Notes: generated by a model from the sequence alone, not told the origin. 63,990 bases of DNA, filler included, from Circinaria calcarea (GCA_051942165.1; 3 parts of 3 records of this genome joined end to end with filler, not necessarily neighbours in it), one strand, 5' to 3'. Shown: positions 1 through 15,512, counted from the first letter of the whole stretch. Numbers and translations: made by a program.

Positions 1-372
1 GGGTTAGGGGAGGTTTGGGGGGTTTGGAACCGGTGGTGGGTGGGGGTTTGGTGGACATTGATCGTTGTGAGAGAGGTGGGGTGTGATTGATGTGGTTAAG
101 GAGGTAGTCGCTTGGAAGGAGTGGGGTTCATAGGAGCAGAGGATAGGGTGGATGCCGTCTTGGTGGTTAGGGCTGGGGAGGGAATCATCTCAAGGTGTTG
201 GAAAATTGAGGGTGCCGGATGTCTAAAGTCTGGTTGTAGAGGTGGAAGGTGCTACAGCGAAATAGACATATGGTATCTATTCTAATATGCTAGTCTATAT
301 CAATACCTTCTACGAACCACTCCTAGATTGCCACCAATGCCATGCTGATGCTTGGAACTTCCCTTTCCCTAA

Positions 373-1258
<886 letters not shown>

Positions 1259-2138
1259 CTATCGTTATGCCACCTCAACATGACAATGAGCATCTGCATC
1301 AACGTCTACGAGAACCACCGTAGTCATTCGCTACACCCAACATCCAATAGAAACCATCACATCCGAGTACATACACCAACCACATACCGACACAATACAT
1401 TTTACAAATCTCTTCTCCAAATGTCCCAGACAAGCTGACGACAGTGATGAAAAGGCGCCAAAAGGCAATCAATGGTATTCGCGTCAACCAGCGGCAGTGT
1501 AAGGCCGGTGACACAGTGCCCGCAGACATGGACAAGTCCAGCGGTCTGCGGGCCGGGTGAAAAAAATTAGATTAATCATTGATTTCTTCCGTAGAAGAAT
1601 TTCAGAGATTAAACTGAAAAGAACAGATACTACACTTGATCTAAGCCAAAAGGCAAAGAGAGCTGAGGAAAAAAGAAGAAGAGTGGGAAGAGTGGGCGGA
1701 TGGTGGAATATATACCTGAGAGCAGCGCTAGTGGAAGCGACAGCCGGGTAAGTCGGGTGGAACACGGACTTGCAGACGGGTTTTGCTTTCGAGAATGGTA
1801 AATGGGTGCCGCTTCACCAAAAAGCTCATCTGAACATAAAAAGATGTGCTTGGTCTACTTAGAATAATATTGCACACACGGTCCGTCCAAGGTTCATTCA
1901 GTTCTATGCCTTTCAACATGACCTCATACATACAGAGTGTGAAGGGCTCTCTACGACGTGGAACCTACACTATGAACGTGGTGTACAGTTTAGATACCAT
2001 GCATTGATCTCTGTACCTGAAGCATACGTCAAATGATGAGTTATGCTGTTACATTTCTTGCCACCCAATCTGACTGGTGGTCATCGACTGTCTGGCCACC
2101 GAGGTGGGCAGCTAAACCTATCAAGATCCCCCAAGCCT

Positions 2139-4182
2139 TCATGTCCCCTGACTCCTATCATTGTATGCTAGGCAGCCAGTGCTCTCCAGTACCTTCCATA
2201 TCTGCGCACTCTCCGACTTCCCCAGTATTTCCTGTTCCTTCTCTAGCGTACCTCGATCCATCGCCCATTTCACTATCGCCTCTCGTTGCGGCCCGGCGAC
2301 GATCCCTCCGGACTCGGTTCCTAACGCTATGATATACGCCCAATTTTCTGGATAGAGGCCACCTAACAAGTTACTTCTGTATAGCCTAGCATGATTCATG
2401 GTCGTTGGCGTAACAGGCGCAGCAATGATAACAGCCGGAGAAGCGGTTGGCGTCATTGTCAGATCTGACAACATAGTCGACTCCTTCCGTCGCCGAGGAT
2501 GCCGTAGTTTGATAGTCTGGTTAGGGCTCGCAGTTGCAAGGGGGATCAAGACGGACGGTCTGAGTGCGGCGGCTTTCATTGTGCAGACATGTTGGGAAGG
2601 TGACCTGTCTTCTACCTTATGATCCAGATCATCATGCCTAGCTTCAGACATATATCCCCGCGGTCTGAGCAGTAACAGTCTGGCCAACGCTAACATTTCC
2701 AAGGCTTTTATCCAGAGGTCGTTACTCTTGGGCCCGACCTCCCTCAGAGTGTCTCCTTGTATACGACTTCTAGCCCGATCTAGCTCGCCGCTGGTATGTC
2801 GTTGTGTAGTTTGCTCTCCTGTCCCAACCGAGACAGTACTTCTTCGCCGACTGGCCACAGCTTGAGAAGAAGGGCTTGCCAAGGCCTCGGATGCACGTCG
2901 AGCTGAGCTTGTCTGCTTTTGCGGCGTTTCCGCCTCTGGCATTTCCTCGCGTGCAACAGTGCTGTTCAAGGACCCAACTCTGGCTAGCTCCGACAATTCA
3001 AGCACCTTCCTTCCAGTAGTCGTGAGACTTGTATTCGGAAGGTATATTATTCCTAGACATCCCGAATTTACATCATATGCATCCAGCTGCTGCAGGGCCG
3101 GACCAGCTTTCGCAGGCGGTACTAGCGGTAAAAGATCAATTGGCAGATGATGGACGGCAATCACGTAGGAAAGGTATAGGGCACATGTATCCGTCATATG
3201 GGTATCGGATAGGATGAGATATGGCACAGAACGTAGGCCACGTGTCGCTACAAAAGTATGAAAGAGATCTGTCTTAGAGGCACTGTTGCCGTGTTTTGCA
3301 GGAGATATCTTCTGAGGCGTCGTAGATCCTGGTGTGTCAAGGTCAGTACGCATGTCTACTTCCGCAGTGTCTTATCTACTTACCCCTCCTAGTCCGTTTA
3401 GGACTCTGCGGCGTTCGTATGCTAGTGTCCTCAGTGTCGCTGGTAAATCCATCTACCTCACTAGCCATGCTTATCCTCCGCATTTCTTGTTCGAACCCAT
3501 CAATTCCAACAGAGCCATTGATGGGAGCAACTTCATCTTCCGCATGAGGACTTGTCGTAGTCAATAGGTCCAGAGGTTCTTCATTCCCATATACTCTAGC
3601 GAAAACTTCGAAGGCTTTGGGACCGAGAGCATTTCCGCCAAGGTCAACTCTCCGCAAAACACAGCACCTGGAAAACGACTGCAGAAAGAGCTCCCATGCC
3701 TCTGCTTCTTCCTTCGTCGTGATGCTGATGAGATTGTCCGAAAGGTCCAGATCTCTGAGATCGTAGGCGGCCAAAGCAATAACCTTAGCCAACGGTACCA
3801 ACGACTTGACCGTGAGCTGGTTATCTCTGAGACAAATTTCTTCCAACTTGATCACTTCGCCATGCTCGCCCGCGAATTCAATGGTTGTACTGAGTGCCTG
3901 TGCTACTTCATTGAAGCCGTTGTCCGTGAGCATTTTACCTGAGACATCCAGCTCGACGCAAGGGTCACGCAGGGCAGCCTTATGCCCTGCTGCCGGTGGA
4001 ATGCGCTTGAGCTGCGATGAATGAGTCCCACCCTTCCAGTGATGAGATATGAAAACATACCAAATCCTTGGCCACTACTTGCCCAAGCTTCAGACCTTCG
4101 ATCTTTCGCTATATTGCGATGCATCAGCTTAAGATCATAATCTCAAGTGATGACTCACGTTCGTGTAGTTGAGCCGGCCCAT
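2139..4182 (-). CDS. Fungal leucine-rich repeat (RNI-like) protein, multi-exon
   Basis: LRR motifs 'LEEICLRDNQLT', 'LRDLDLSDNLIS', 'LRRVDLGGNALG'. Start MGRLNYTN at 4182, followed by GT..AG introns linking ORFs 3376-3933 and 2139-3353. Confidence 0.75.
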
Positions 4183-4762
4183 GGTGTGTGTGCTCAGTCG
4201 TCGAGTTTGTGAGAGTTTTCCGACTGATGTGAACGTTTCTGCTTGAAATCTAACGGAGTGAGAGAGCTGGTGACAGACCTCAGTCGCTTCAGGTTTGACC
4301 ACAACAAGCTGTCAACAAGGGAAAGTGCAGCCACGAATAAAGCAGCCGCCACATGGCGCAGATCGGGGCAGAAGCAGGAAGTGTGAATTGTCTCCGGAGT
4401 CACAAAGCCCAACTGGCCTTGTCCGTAGCTTCAGGCTTAGCGAGTGACAGGCGAGTGTGTGGTGTTAGGGTATGTATATATCGGATTGTCCCGCGGGTGT
4501 TCCAATCAGCTCAGCCCGATTCAAAAAAGAGGGAAGAAACCAGCTAAGGCATGTCTTATGCATATGGCCGATTCTTACATCATACAGCAAACGGACAGAT
4601 GTCCGAGGATTGGTAAATCACCCCTGGAATGCATCTCCTTAAGCAGGCTGCTCTTCTAATAGTTCCTACGCCGCCAAAGCAAGCACGTCTTACAAAGCAA
4701 ATCTGTTCAAATACCTCCATCGCCGGAAAAGTAGATTTCGAATCAAGGCATTCACCCTATAC

Positions 4763-7700
4763 TCAATAAAAGTCCACAATATCCCCAAACTCTGCAAGCA
4801 GTTCAGGGTCGATGCCATCTACCCAATTGGGCTTCGTATCTTGCGCTACATGTGTTTTCTGGTTGTCGATGTTTCTTGATGGCCGGAGTGACTGACCGCC
4901 ATCGGCGTCGTTAGAAAGTTTTCGCTTCTTCATTGGAGGCGCAATGCTCCACGGATCAGTTCGGGAATCGTCCATTGGGCGTCTTTTCATCTCCTCGGAG
5001 CTATGTAATTGAGAATTTTCCCGCCGGAGTTTCCTAGGACTGCTGGTATGAATGAATAGGAGATCGTCGTTAGGCAGTTTCTGAGACTTTTCGACGCTCT
5101 TTGTTGGTGCAAGGGATACTTGGGTGATCTCGTCCACCTCTGATTTCTGGGAATCTTGATCTCCAGTATACGTCTCCTTGTAATGGTATGCCGTTGACGC
5201 TTCTTTAGGATCTGGAGAATTATATCTCTCTGTCGGTTCTTGGTACCAATCGTCGGATGTTATGGGGACATCAAGGTCAACCATACCAGCTTCCAGCTCT
5301 GATACATCCTCGTCGAATTTCGGACTCGCAAATGGGTCATGGCTCGTTACGAGCCTACGGTCTCGAACTGGGGATGAAGGAGACAAAACAGCGTCCATCG
5401 GTTCATCTCCATAGTCACTTAAGGTCTCAACTTCAATTTTGTCAGATCCAGCGGCTTTCCCGAGGAATGAAATCTGAGTCTGGCGTCCCATAGCGAAGGC
5501 GGTAGATTTTTTGGATGCTATCACACGCGCCGGAGTTACATTCACAGTACTCTTGTGCAGTTTATCCAATGATTTGTAACCCGGGGGTCCAAATTCTCCA
5601 TAATCTTTTCTGGGTCTTTCCGAGGCTAAGTCGATGACATCGATCTTGCGAGGTTGAATCTCGCTTGCGAGCTTCTTGATTGTGAATTTCGAGGCCATGC
5701 TTGCCGAAGATTTGGAAGTTATCTTTTTCGGTTCTCCATGATTTCCTTTGGCGGCTGGTTTTATTGGTCCAACTGTCTTTGGCGGCTTTGGTCGCTTGTC
5801 GACACCTTCACGGCAGCACATGTGTTTGCAACTGTACAAAGTGAGCTTTCGCCATCATTGTATTTGGGCTTTCTTACTTTGTCTTATCTTTACATTTGTG
5901 ATTACAAGCCCATTTTCCATTACCCAGCTGCGTAGGTTCCCACCCTTCCAAATCTGCATGAGAGATATTGGGCAATGAAGAGGTGCGCTGGGATGCTGGA
6001 GAGATACCTTCCGCTTCCCTTGGGAATGACTCGATATGGTTAAAGTCCAGCCCATCCACTAAAGGCATAATAAGCATTTGGAAAGGCAAAAACCGCAAAC
6101 CATTCAAGAAGCCTTACCTGCGTCCACCATATCTCTATCATCAATGTCAGCGTCGAAGAACTCATCTACACTGCTTGCCCCATTGGGGTCTTTGTCAATA
6201 CTGGTTCCACTCTTTGTTCTCTTTCTTGAAACATTCATTCCCAAATTTCTGTTCAAGGATCCACTAATACGGTCTTGTTTGCGGATTGGAGCAGGTGGGA
6301 AGAGCGAATTTGGGAGATTAGGTTTAAGCTCCGCATAACGCATTGTACCCGCTATGATCGGCTTAGCAGAGTTTGTTACTGCATTAGGAGTATGACGCTT
6401 TACCAAAGTCATCGCACATAACGTAACAAGTTACGTATTGACTTGCGTTGACCAGGTCCGCAGAAAAGATTACATCTTGGCCGTTACCAATTTTCTTTGC
6501 GCTAGATATTGTAAGCATTGGCGGGATATCTGCTGGAATGCGCCCCTACCTGAAGCGCCTAAAGTCGATGAGATGCCCGTCCGATCTTTCTGCAACGAAG
6601 CATACGTAAATGTGTCTGCCATTAAACTCACTAGGCACCTTTTCGTTGAGAAAACCTAGCTCAGCCTTCAAGTCCACTTCAACAGGCTTTCCCATTTTGA
6701 TCTCCTGTAAGATGATTAGTCTCTGTGTTCCGATGTTAAGAGTATACGCCACGCCAAACCTTGCCCATCATTTTGACAGTAACTCTCAGCTTCGGAAATC
6801 TACTTAGATGCCCTAGAATCTTTTCACCGTGTCCGGGATTCTTATTGAGTAGAAGATTGAGCCGAGATGGCTCCGTTGCCTCCAGCGCTTCCAGGCTGTT
6901 GATGCCTGCAATTGCGAGCTTGCGTACTGCACTCAGACCAACAGTCGGGATTTGTTTCATTTGGAGCGGCGAATTGTCCCACACTCTGGCACCGAAACTC
7001 CGAGCAAGCTCCAAAGCATGCCTTGCTGCTGAACCATCTCGGAGATGCAGCTGGCAATCGATGAGACAACGTATCAATCGGTGAATGTGCGAGAAGATGA
7101 TAGCTCGATCTTGCTGATATTGTTTTCTATGCTTCGCGAACTGTTCATCGGAAGGGTAGTCGACTCCGCCTAGCTCGGCTTGAATGATGATGGACCGTTT
7201 TTGCATAGCTAGGGCAATATCAACCTTTATGGGGAATTTGATGCCATTGGCCGAGTTCAGTGCTTTATATAACGACTTTTCCCCTCCACGAAAACGAACT
7301 TCATGAAACTCCGCCGCTTCGCACAGTGCAGACAGCTAGAAAGTCAGTAAATCAAGTAGGTAGGCGTGAAAGGCCACCTACTATCTCTGAAATCTTGGCC
7401 TTGGGGGGAAGGCTGAGAAGAGAATTCATAGTCTCATATCTGATATAGTAACGAGCCATAGCATCACCATAGTCAGTGCAATTGAGGTGTCCATCGCCAT
7501 AGACCAAGTTCGTCCCTTGCAGCAAGCGAATGTCTCGTTCGCAAATTTGTTGCATCCTGTCATCCAGGTTCCATAATGCGGTATCGCCATCCAACTTATA
7601 GTGGTTGGGGTTCTGTGAAAGTCGTACATAGAGAAATGTACTAGCTAGCCAACGCTTCGCGGTATGTAGGTCGTGAACAGTGCCTAGACCTATTTCCGCG

Positions 7701-10095
7701 TTCTATGAACCCTTTAGCTATCTTGCAATGACTCAGGACTAAAAAAGTACTCACCAAATGATCGATCAGATTAAGATGCAGACTAGGAACTTAATAAGCC
7801 TTTAGCAAAAGTAATATTCACGGCGACTTACCAGCTTTCCAGAAGCTCCTCGCCAGAGACAAGTTTCTCATATTTCTTGACTTTCTCTTGCCTTGTGAGA
7901 ATAACAGCGATAGCACTATCATCAAATTGTGGCCTTCAAAGCATAAGTCAATACAAAGTCACTCTTACGCTATCTCAGATCTCGGAAGACGTACCTTCCC
8001 GCACGACCTAACATTTGCATCATCTCAATATCTGCATACTCTCTCAATCCCTCATCCTGCCAACTCACGGTATTTTTGATTATAACAAGGTGGCATGGTA
8101 AGTTGACACCGACAGCTAGTGTTGAAGTACAGCAGATTACGCTGATTTGACCATCTAGAAAGCCTTTTTCCACCGTAGCTCTGTCAGAACTGTCTAGCCC
8201 AGCGTGATGAAAAGCGACCCCTGAAGCCATGGTCTCTAAGAACGCGTCAGCTAAATTGTAAAGGTTTGTGATAACCTGCTTACTTCGTAGTTCTGAATCC
8301 AAGACAGTTGGGACCCTGCCAGGAGCAGTCCAGCGCCGATCTCGGAGGCCTTGGCTTGTCCATAAACCTGCAAGAAGCTTGGCAGTCGTGGTAGTAGATT
8401 TCCTTGTGCAACAGAATACCATAATAGGTTTCTTCCGTGAATGCTTCGCGACAATATCAGGCAATCTGCAGGCCGTCAGCATCCTATGAAGGTAATGAGG
8501 TGGCTTATATTAACTTGGCATCGCAGACGGAGTCGAACGCAAAGTCATTACTTCGAGAATTCAGGCCATACACAAACTTCTGAAGCTTCACGGGCCTAAA
8601 TTCCTCCCCAAACCTCTCCTGCTGGGCAGGCAGATGCTGCTTGATATGGTCTTTGCCTAGCCAGGTTGCAATGTCTTCGGAATTTGGGACCGTAGCACTT
8701 AATGCAACAAACCTAACGTTGGAACCAACCGACTTCATCCGAGATACAACAGCTTCTAAAGTCGCTCCACGGGTGTCTTTTAAGATATGTACTTCATCGA
8801 TCAAGAATAGTTTGATGAGATGCATCAACTTAGCATGATCCTTCCACTTTCGAGTCATGCTATCCCACTTCTCCGGCGTTGTGATGATAATGTTGGCACT
8901 CTGCACACTGCGTATTTGCGACTGGTCGGTATCACCTGTCAGCTCTGCACATTGTAAATTTAATGAGTTAAATTTGAGCATCCAGTCTCTCTGCCTTTCA
9001 GCACAGAGAGACTTGGTCGGAGCCATATAGATGATCTTGTACCGATCAGATTTGAAACCTGCGGCCAGCCGACAGATTGCCATCTCAAGAATGGCGGTTT
9101 TCCCGCTACCGGTTGGCGCTGATACTACAAGGTTGTCATCGGACTGGAAGATCGTAGGAAAACACCTTGATTGTACGGCATTGAGTAACGGGAAGGGGAA
9201 CACCGATCGAATGCGATCTGGCAACTCGTTCAATGAGACAAGGCGGATACCCTGGACTACCGGTGGAGAATTACCGAATGTGATCGTTCTGGACTGGGTT
9301 ATAGCAGGCTGAGATTCCGCAGCTGGACTATACAATGTCGGTCGACCTAGCGCAGAGGTACCACCACTGCGACGCGTGTCTTGAAACGTCCTCCGTTGGC
9401 TGACTTGGTACGATGGGCTCGAAGGGACCTCCACGGTTGGGGAAGAACTAAGATTAGGCTGAGAATTTAGCTTAGGATATTGAGAAACTATAGCAATGTT
9501 AGGTATATACGGAACAGCGGTCTCGTCTCGAATACCTCGATTTGGGTAAAATTGCTGGGATGGAGTCCGATCTGCAACCATTAGGAAGGACCACCATCTC
9601 CGAACGCAAGGGAACCTCACAGTTCTTATAGCTGGACGACTGAGATGGTCTGCCCTGGTGCTCTGCTGAGTGCGACATCGCTCCAGAACTTTCTGTGGTC
9701 GGTCTCGGATGTAACGATAATCGACTCCTGCCATTCCCGGCTAGCGACCGTCGCTCAATATCTGGCTCATCTGCTAGAGTACTACCTACTAGGAGGTAAG
9801 CATGCCAGCTATGACAAGGTTCAAGTAAAGATAGAATCCCACCATAAGTATCGGCAGGAGCTTTGAGACACCTGTAGCCCTCGGGTCGGTACAAAGGCTG
9901 CCCTTGCACTACCTGGCCATACGCTGATGGTCCAAGATAGGTTGGCATGTTGCCAAAGGCGTGCTGCGATCTAAGGTTTGGGGTAGCGGTCTGTCTGCTT
10001 GATCCAGGCTGACGATGGTGGAAATAATCATCCACATGATCTGAATAGCCGTTTCCTTCAATGTCAGCCAGTAGTGCTTGCATCTCTTCTTCCAT
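4763..10095 (-). CDS. MER3: Meiotic DExH-box DNA helicase Mer3/HFM1 (Sec63/Brl domain, C-terminal Cys/His knuckle), multi-exon
   Basis: 'VSAPTGSGKT', 'LIDEVH', 'ALSATVPN', 'CTSTLAVGVNLP', 'QMLGRAGR', a Sec63-like region, and 'WACNHKCKDK..CKHMCCREG'. Confidence 0.92.
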
Positions 10096-10858
10096 TGGTA
10101 CATTGATAAGGTATAGAGAGTGGATGATGACTAAAGTTGAAGAATTGATACTGAGACCACCCTCGCTGCTGTAACGTTTAGTATATTGAATATGTCCCAA
10201 TGGAAGAGATGGCAGTGAAGGGGAAAAGATTCGGGGGAGAAGAAGTTTCCAAATCGCTCGAGATTCTCGGATCGGAAACCAGAGGCGGAGATTTCGTCAC
10301 GGTAATAACCCTAATCCCTGACAAATCCATCACGTGCGGGGATACCCAGCAAGATACAACAGACGCCACAGGTGGAGGGAGCACCTTAATCTTGGACTAG
10401 AAAGAACAGGACAAGGCCTTACTTGCTACCTACATGTATTTTGTAATGGATACCCAGAGAAGGCCCATATTTACATCGATCAAATCTCGGTTTTGTTTGC
10501 CAATCCTGTAGGGTCAAATCACCGGTCACTGTCGAATGGAATTCTGTCCCACAGAACACAGAAAGAACAGCCGAACCAATGCTTCGTAGCTGCCCCGCAT
10601 CTGTACACACGGGTATTCACCCTGCCCAGTGAAGAAAATGCGAGATCTAGAAGTCCCAACTCCATCCAATGGCCGTTTATGCTAATCCCGCGAAAGACAG
10701 TCCACCTCAGCAAACCCCCGCAACGCCGGCCTAGGAAGCGTTCATGCCCCGGAGTAACAAATAAATATGATTACCCTGAGAAAACCATGCCGCGCAATGC
10801 AGAATGTCTCGGCACTTTCTTATAATAGCGTCCTCAGGTGAGAAAGACGGTCTCTAAC

Positions 10859-12399
10859 CTACTCATCGCGATGCTTCGCCGCAAAGTAACCCCTTGAAGA
10901 TGGAGACCGAGCGTGATGGAGAAGGGGGGAACCTGGCCGAGATGACGAGAGACCTTCGGCTTTCAACGGTGTCGTTGGCAGCTTCAATGAGGATTCGCCC
11001 ATACGTGCCGATTCAGTATCGATGGTTGTCTTTTCATAGTCATGTATCCGTATCGGAGGTGGACGTGAATGGCCCTGACTGTTGTATAGATATGTGGCAA
11101 ATATGACCACCGAGGTTCCGACCAGGAACTATGCGTCAGGATTAGCCAACCTGGTAATACAGTCGTCAGGATACGTACATTCGGAGTAAGGGTAAAGTGA
11201 AAGAACCACACACTCGCACATAAGCTGATTAAGATGCTAATGCTTGTTGCGAAACTTTTGGCAATAGTGTCAGCATAGTGCACGCACATTGCAACCAGAA
11301 TTCCCCCTAAAGCCTGAAACACTATCGCAACCCATACGACCCCATTGTATCCAATAAAGAAGCTGCTTTTCGCAATCTCTTCCCCGTCTATGAAAACAAC
11401 TCCAATGAATAATGCCGGGAAAAGTGAGTAAAAGGAAAGTTGGACGTTGCGGACCCAGATCGAAGTGGTTGTGTTTGACTCCTTCAATACTTTTTCAAAG
11501 TAGACTGACGCTAAAGCGGATACTGTGCATGCCGCAAGAGCCGCCACCAGCCCCAGTGGTTGGTTTATAGAGGGATGCTCGAGAAAATAATCCTCTTCAA
11601 TCCCCTCATACGTAGCGGAGCGTTTGTGGATCGGGGCTGCAGATGCTCCAGCCCAAGGTCGGAAATGACCAACTGAACGGGGAAAATATGAATGAAGATC
11701 TTTTGGTGGGCCCAGGGATGCAGTATTGACCGTAGGTATCTGGACAATGGCTAGCCCTATCATTAGAAGCCCGAGAGCCATCCATTTCCTCCCCGATAGA
11801 CTTCGATGTAATATCAGGACGCTGAACAGAGCAGTTGGAAGTATTTTGAATTGATATGTGACTTGCATAGTCGCAGCGTCAAGGTTTGAAATGGCAACGT
11901 ATTGGAGAGAGTTTTGCAGTGTGTATAAGCTGGCTGGGATGGCCAGCTTCCAGCTGTCTCCGCTGAATACAGCACCAATAAGGTTGCTAAATAAAGCCGT
12001 AGCTGGCATGGAAGGGGGCAGCGCTCGTGAGATGTCGTAAAGCGCGATCGTGAGGCAAACGCCGAGCTTGAGCACCTCGTTGAGGAAGACCGCGGTCGAG
12101 GTGAAGTACCTTTGGCCGCCGACAAGTGGCATCATCCGGGAGTAGTATAATATCTATGTCCTTCGTCAGGTCCCTGTGAGAAGACCAAGACGAGAGCAAG
12201 ATAGGGGAAAGAAGCTCAATGGAAACCTACAAGAATGAGCGCAGAGTTCTGGATCGTGAGCTACCAGAGAGCATTAGCGGACCATTTTCAATGGGTCTGT
12301 TAACAAACAGCCTACCGTTACTAACGAAACATGCTTCATAGGTATGCCCATCCATGTTGCAGATGCAGAAGCTCGATGAGGCGCCTCCGCCAACGTCAT
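10859..12399 (-). CDS. UDP-galactose / nucleotide-sugar transporter (SLC35A family), multi-exon
   Basis: 'STAVFLNEVLKL', 'IPASLYTLQNSLQYVA', 'YQFKILPTALFS', 'VYFEKVLK', 'WVRNVQL'; many hydrophobic helices. Confidence 0.9.
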
Positions 12400-13637
12400 G
12401 ATAGTGAAGATACTCTGGCACTTTGACTGTTTAAAGCTGAAGCTTCACCGTATAACGTCGTCTAAACCAACTAGCGAATCGATTTGTAGGGAACGAATAG
12501 CAGGTCAGTTGAAAGGAGCGTTTTTGTGGATCTACCCAAAATTCACGATCGACTCAAAAACACGTTCCAAGGAAAATCAATGTACGACGATGGACCCCCA
12601 GCGATCGCGCTTGACCGGGGTTCGGGAGCTGTCGATCCCGTTCTCTTTATTGGGCTCAGCCACGTATATGTTGGCACGCTATTCAGTGGCTTATTTACCT
12701 TATGCCTTCCAATTTGTAGCTTAGGACTTTACCCATTCATGAGCGAAAACTTCTCCTTTCAGTACCCATACTGCTGACCTCATCATTATACCATCTGATA
12801 TGTTGACCAAGAGGGTCGCCTAGGTATATAAGTAATGAAAGATGAGATAAAAAATGATGCTAGACTACACAACATTAGGGCTAGAAGAATACCCTGCTCT
12901 CTGCTACGCCCCAAAAAGAACGGTAAAACTGGTTGTGTTTCTTCACATGTCGGCCAACTCATATCATCCACTTTGTACTTGACAGTGCCCTATTTGGTCA
13001 ATAGAAACACGACTCTAAGCAGGAACTCCCATAGTCTATAGGTATGAGCAAGATTGTTTCATAAAATGTAGGATATCTGACCAAAGAAAGTAATAAAATC
13101 TATTAGGGATATATCCTTTCCCATGTTTCCCAATGCCCCTTCACTTAGGGCCCCGGACCAGGCAACCTGAAAGCCAATAGGCTTCAATCGCCAAATACGC
13201 CGCATCATGCATATCATTCGTCTTCTCTTACGGTGGCTTCACTCCAAAAAAATTCGTCACTGATGATACACCCCTTCTATGATGGCCAGCTTTGGGTTCA
13301 TATGAGAAAGCCTCAGGAAAGGAAACAAGGGCGGTACCAGAAATGTTCGGTGAGTTTGGTGAGGGTTTAACGAGCTAAGGCGTAGGCGGTATCCCTGGCT
13401 TATTGTCGGAGAGCGTACGATCACTGATTGGCCAGGTTTGAGTTGAGAGGAATCACCGCTACAGCTTCCCAAGTTATGTCTCTACTTTTCAGCTACTTTG
13501 CCTTCGATAATCGTAGCTTCTTGAAATTGAGCTGGATCCTCATGTGAGACTGTACCGCAGAAGTGACAAACTATCTTAACGAATCTTGAACCGGGTGGGG
13601 AAGGGATGTCGGAAATATTTGTCTTGAAGAACAACGA

Positions 13638-15512
13638 CTAATGCGTATCTGCAATCGCAGTTTTCGGTCTCTTAGACGAACATCCGAGAGCTTTCTGCTC
13701 GATTGCGTTGTTGTAACCCTCGGCGAAAGCAGCTTGCCGCATGACGGCCCTTTTATTACGAATTGCCTCCAACAAATTTTCTTCCTCCCGTGTCACAGCC
13801 ATAACCCTGTCCGTCTGTAACCGCAATTCCATCGGTATAGGTATGAAAGTATCTTTTCTAGCTTTAGCCGCAATACGAGAGCTAGACTCCCTTGGTGAAA
13901 TATCGAAGGTCGAGCCATCATCTAAGACCATCCGCTTGGGCCTGGCCGATTGGCCTAGACGACTCTGGTGTATTGTGTTGGATGATTTTGAGGAATGCTC
14001 CTGAGCTCTCTTAATGGTCCTATGTGATAAACTGGAGGACCTTGCCTTGATATATCTGGAAATATCAATACTCTGTCTTGGCGGGGTGAGTGCCTTTGAA
14101 CATCCGCGAATATCGTCACCAACACCACAAAGGCCATCTACCTTCTGGGGACGACGGCGACCTTTCTTCATAGATCTCGAATCGCTTTCAATCTCATCTT
14201 CTGACGAGGAGAGTGCAAGGAAGCTTTCAGTATGAAGGTCAACATCGGCAATTCGACTCGGGCTGCTCACCAAACGTCGACTCCTTTGACTTTGCCGAGC
14301 GAAAGCTCTGTTTGGAATGGACAGCGTTACGGTGTTATTGAACTGCGTATCATAGCCTGTCGTAAGCGCGTTCCTTATCTTTGAGGTCGAAGTCCTAATA
14401 GGAGGCGAGAGATGCCAGTCTCCGAAGCTGGATACGTATGGTGACCCTGACCCGCCTTTAACTAACTCTTTATAAAATTCGGACCTGCCTCCATTCTCTG
14501 AATATACTCCGCCTTTCACGCCCCCTAAGCAATCCGGCATTTCTCTTGACTCCAAGTAAGTGTCAGCCGGTAGAGGTGTATGCATAGGAAAAATGGGGCT
14601 TTGAGGTGATGTAATGTTGGTATAGCTAGAAGATCCTTTCGATTTGTTACTTCTCCGTGTCAGCCACTTTGGGTGAGAAGACGACGTGGAGTGGATACTG
14701 CAGCAAGCTAGGGACAAGGTAGAGGGTGAGCTTACGACCCCGTGAGGAGAAAACAGGGGTCCATTCGTGGTTCGTGGATTGGAAAAGAGTGCAGATAGAT
14801 CGAGGTGTGGCGGTCTCTGTTTCCTTATTCTCCTGTTCTTAGTCAGAGGCTCGCCGACCTTTTCTTTGGATGTTTCTCCCGAGTCTGCTTCACCATTACG
14901 CAAAGGAGTCTTTGTGGGCGGGCAACCTTTTCTGAGGGCCATGTAGAGGGCAGAGGAAGCAGAAGTTTGCTGCGAAACGGATATGGGGGTTGGCGAAAAA
15001 TTATGACAGGTGTCTAAGGCGGAAGACGATGTTGACAGCTCAGTATGCGAATCTACCCTTGAATCTATGCTGTTACAGCCACTGCCAAAGCAGCCGAGCA
15101 GAGGAGAGGAACCTCGGGTACAGCATTCGTTGTTCTGATCAGTTATATACTCCTCAATCGGGTCGCATTCAATCTCAAGTAAAATGGTATTGGTCCTGCT
15201 CGTACTCTTCTTCTGAATCCTCCGGACGGTCGACGCACAAGATTTGTTCCCATGTGATTCACTACCAATTATTTCCGTGGGTCCAAGTAGCCTCCCCGCC
15301 CTATGCCCAGGTATTGCAGAAGACTGGCTCTGGACGGGTCCCAGCATCTTTAGCGGTCTCTCGTCTGAGGGGCTTCCCGACCTGTTCCTTGGAGTCGTTC
15401 CGATTATTGAGGCACACAGAGATTGGAGGTACGCGCCATTCGATACCTCGACCGAGGAACAAGATCCTCTTGCTTGCCTTAGAGCAGGCTGGCTGTTTAT
15501 TGTTGAAAGCAT
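13638..15512 (-). CDS. Ser-rich hypothetical protein (possibly disrupted at both ends)
   Basis: 624-aa ORF, low complexity, with a helical motif 'VMAVTREEENLLEAIRNKRAVM'. Protein-like text continues past the flanking stops. Confidence 0.55.
   Translation of the reverse strand: MLSTINSQPALRQARGSCSSVEVSNGAYLQSLCASIIGTTPRNRSGSPSDERPLKMLGPVQSQSSAIPGHRAGRLLGPTEIIGSESHGNKSCASTVRRIQKKSTSRTNTILLEIECDPIEEYITDQNNECCTRGSSPLLGCFGSGCNSIDSRVDSHTELSTSSSALDTCHNFSPTPISVSQQTSASSALYMALRKGCPPTKTPLRNGEADSGETSKEKVGEPLTKNRRIRKQRPPHLDLSALFSNPRTTNGPLFSPHGVVSSPSTLSLACCSIHSTSSSHPKWLTRRSNKSKGSSSYTNITSPQSPIFPMHTPLPADTYLESREMPDCLGGVKGGVYSENGGRSEFYKELVKGGSGSPYVSSFGDWHLSPPIRTSTSKIRNALTTGYDTQFNNTVTLSIPNRAFARQSQRSRRLVSSPSRIADVDLHTESFLALSSSEDEIESDSRSMKKGRRRPQKVDGLCGVGDDIRGCSKALTPPRQSIDISRYIKARSSSLSHRTIKRAQEHSSKSSNTIHQSRLGQSARPKRMVLDDGSTFDISPRESSSRIAAKARKDTFIPIPMELRLQTDRVMAVTREEENLLEAIRNKRAVMRQAAFAEGYNNAIEQKALGCSSKRPKTAIADTH

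Noticed and set aside
1..240. Telomere-like GGGTTAGGG and G-rich sequence at the window start (also TTAGGGTTAG near 24238)
   Set aside because: Only single, imperfect units with no tandem array. More likely low-complexity sequence or the 5' end of a minus-strand gene starting near 58.
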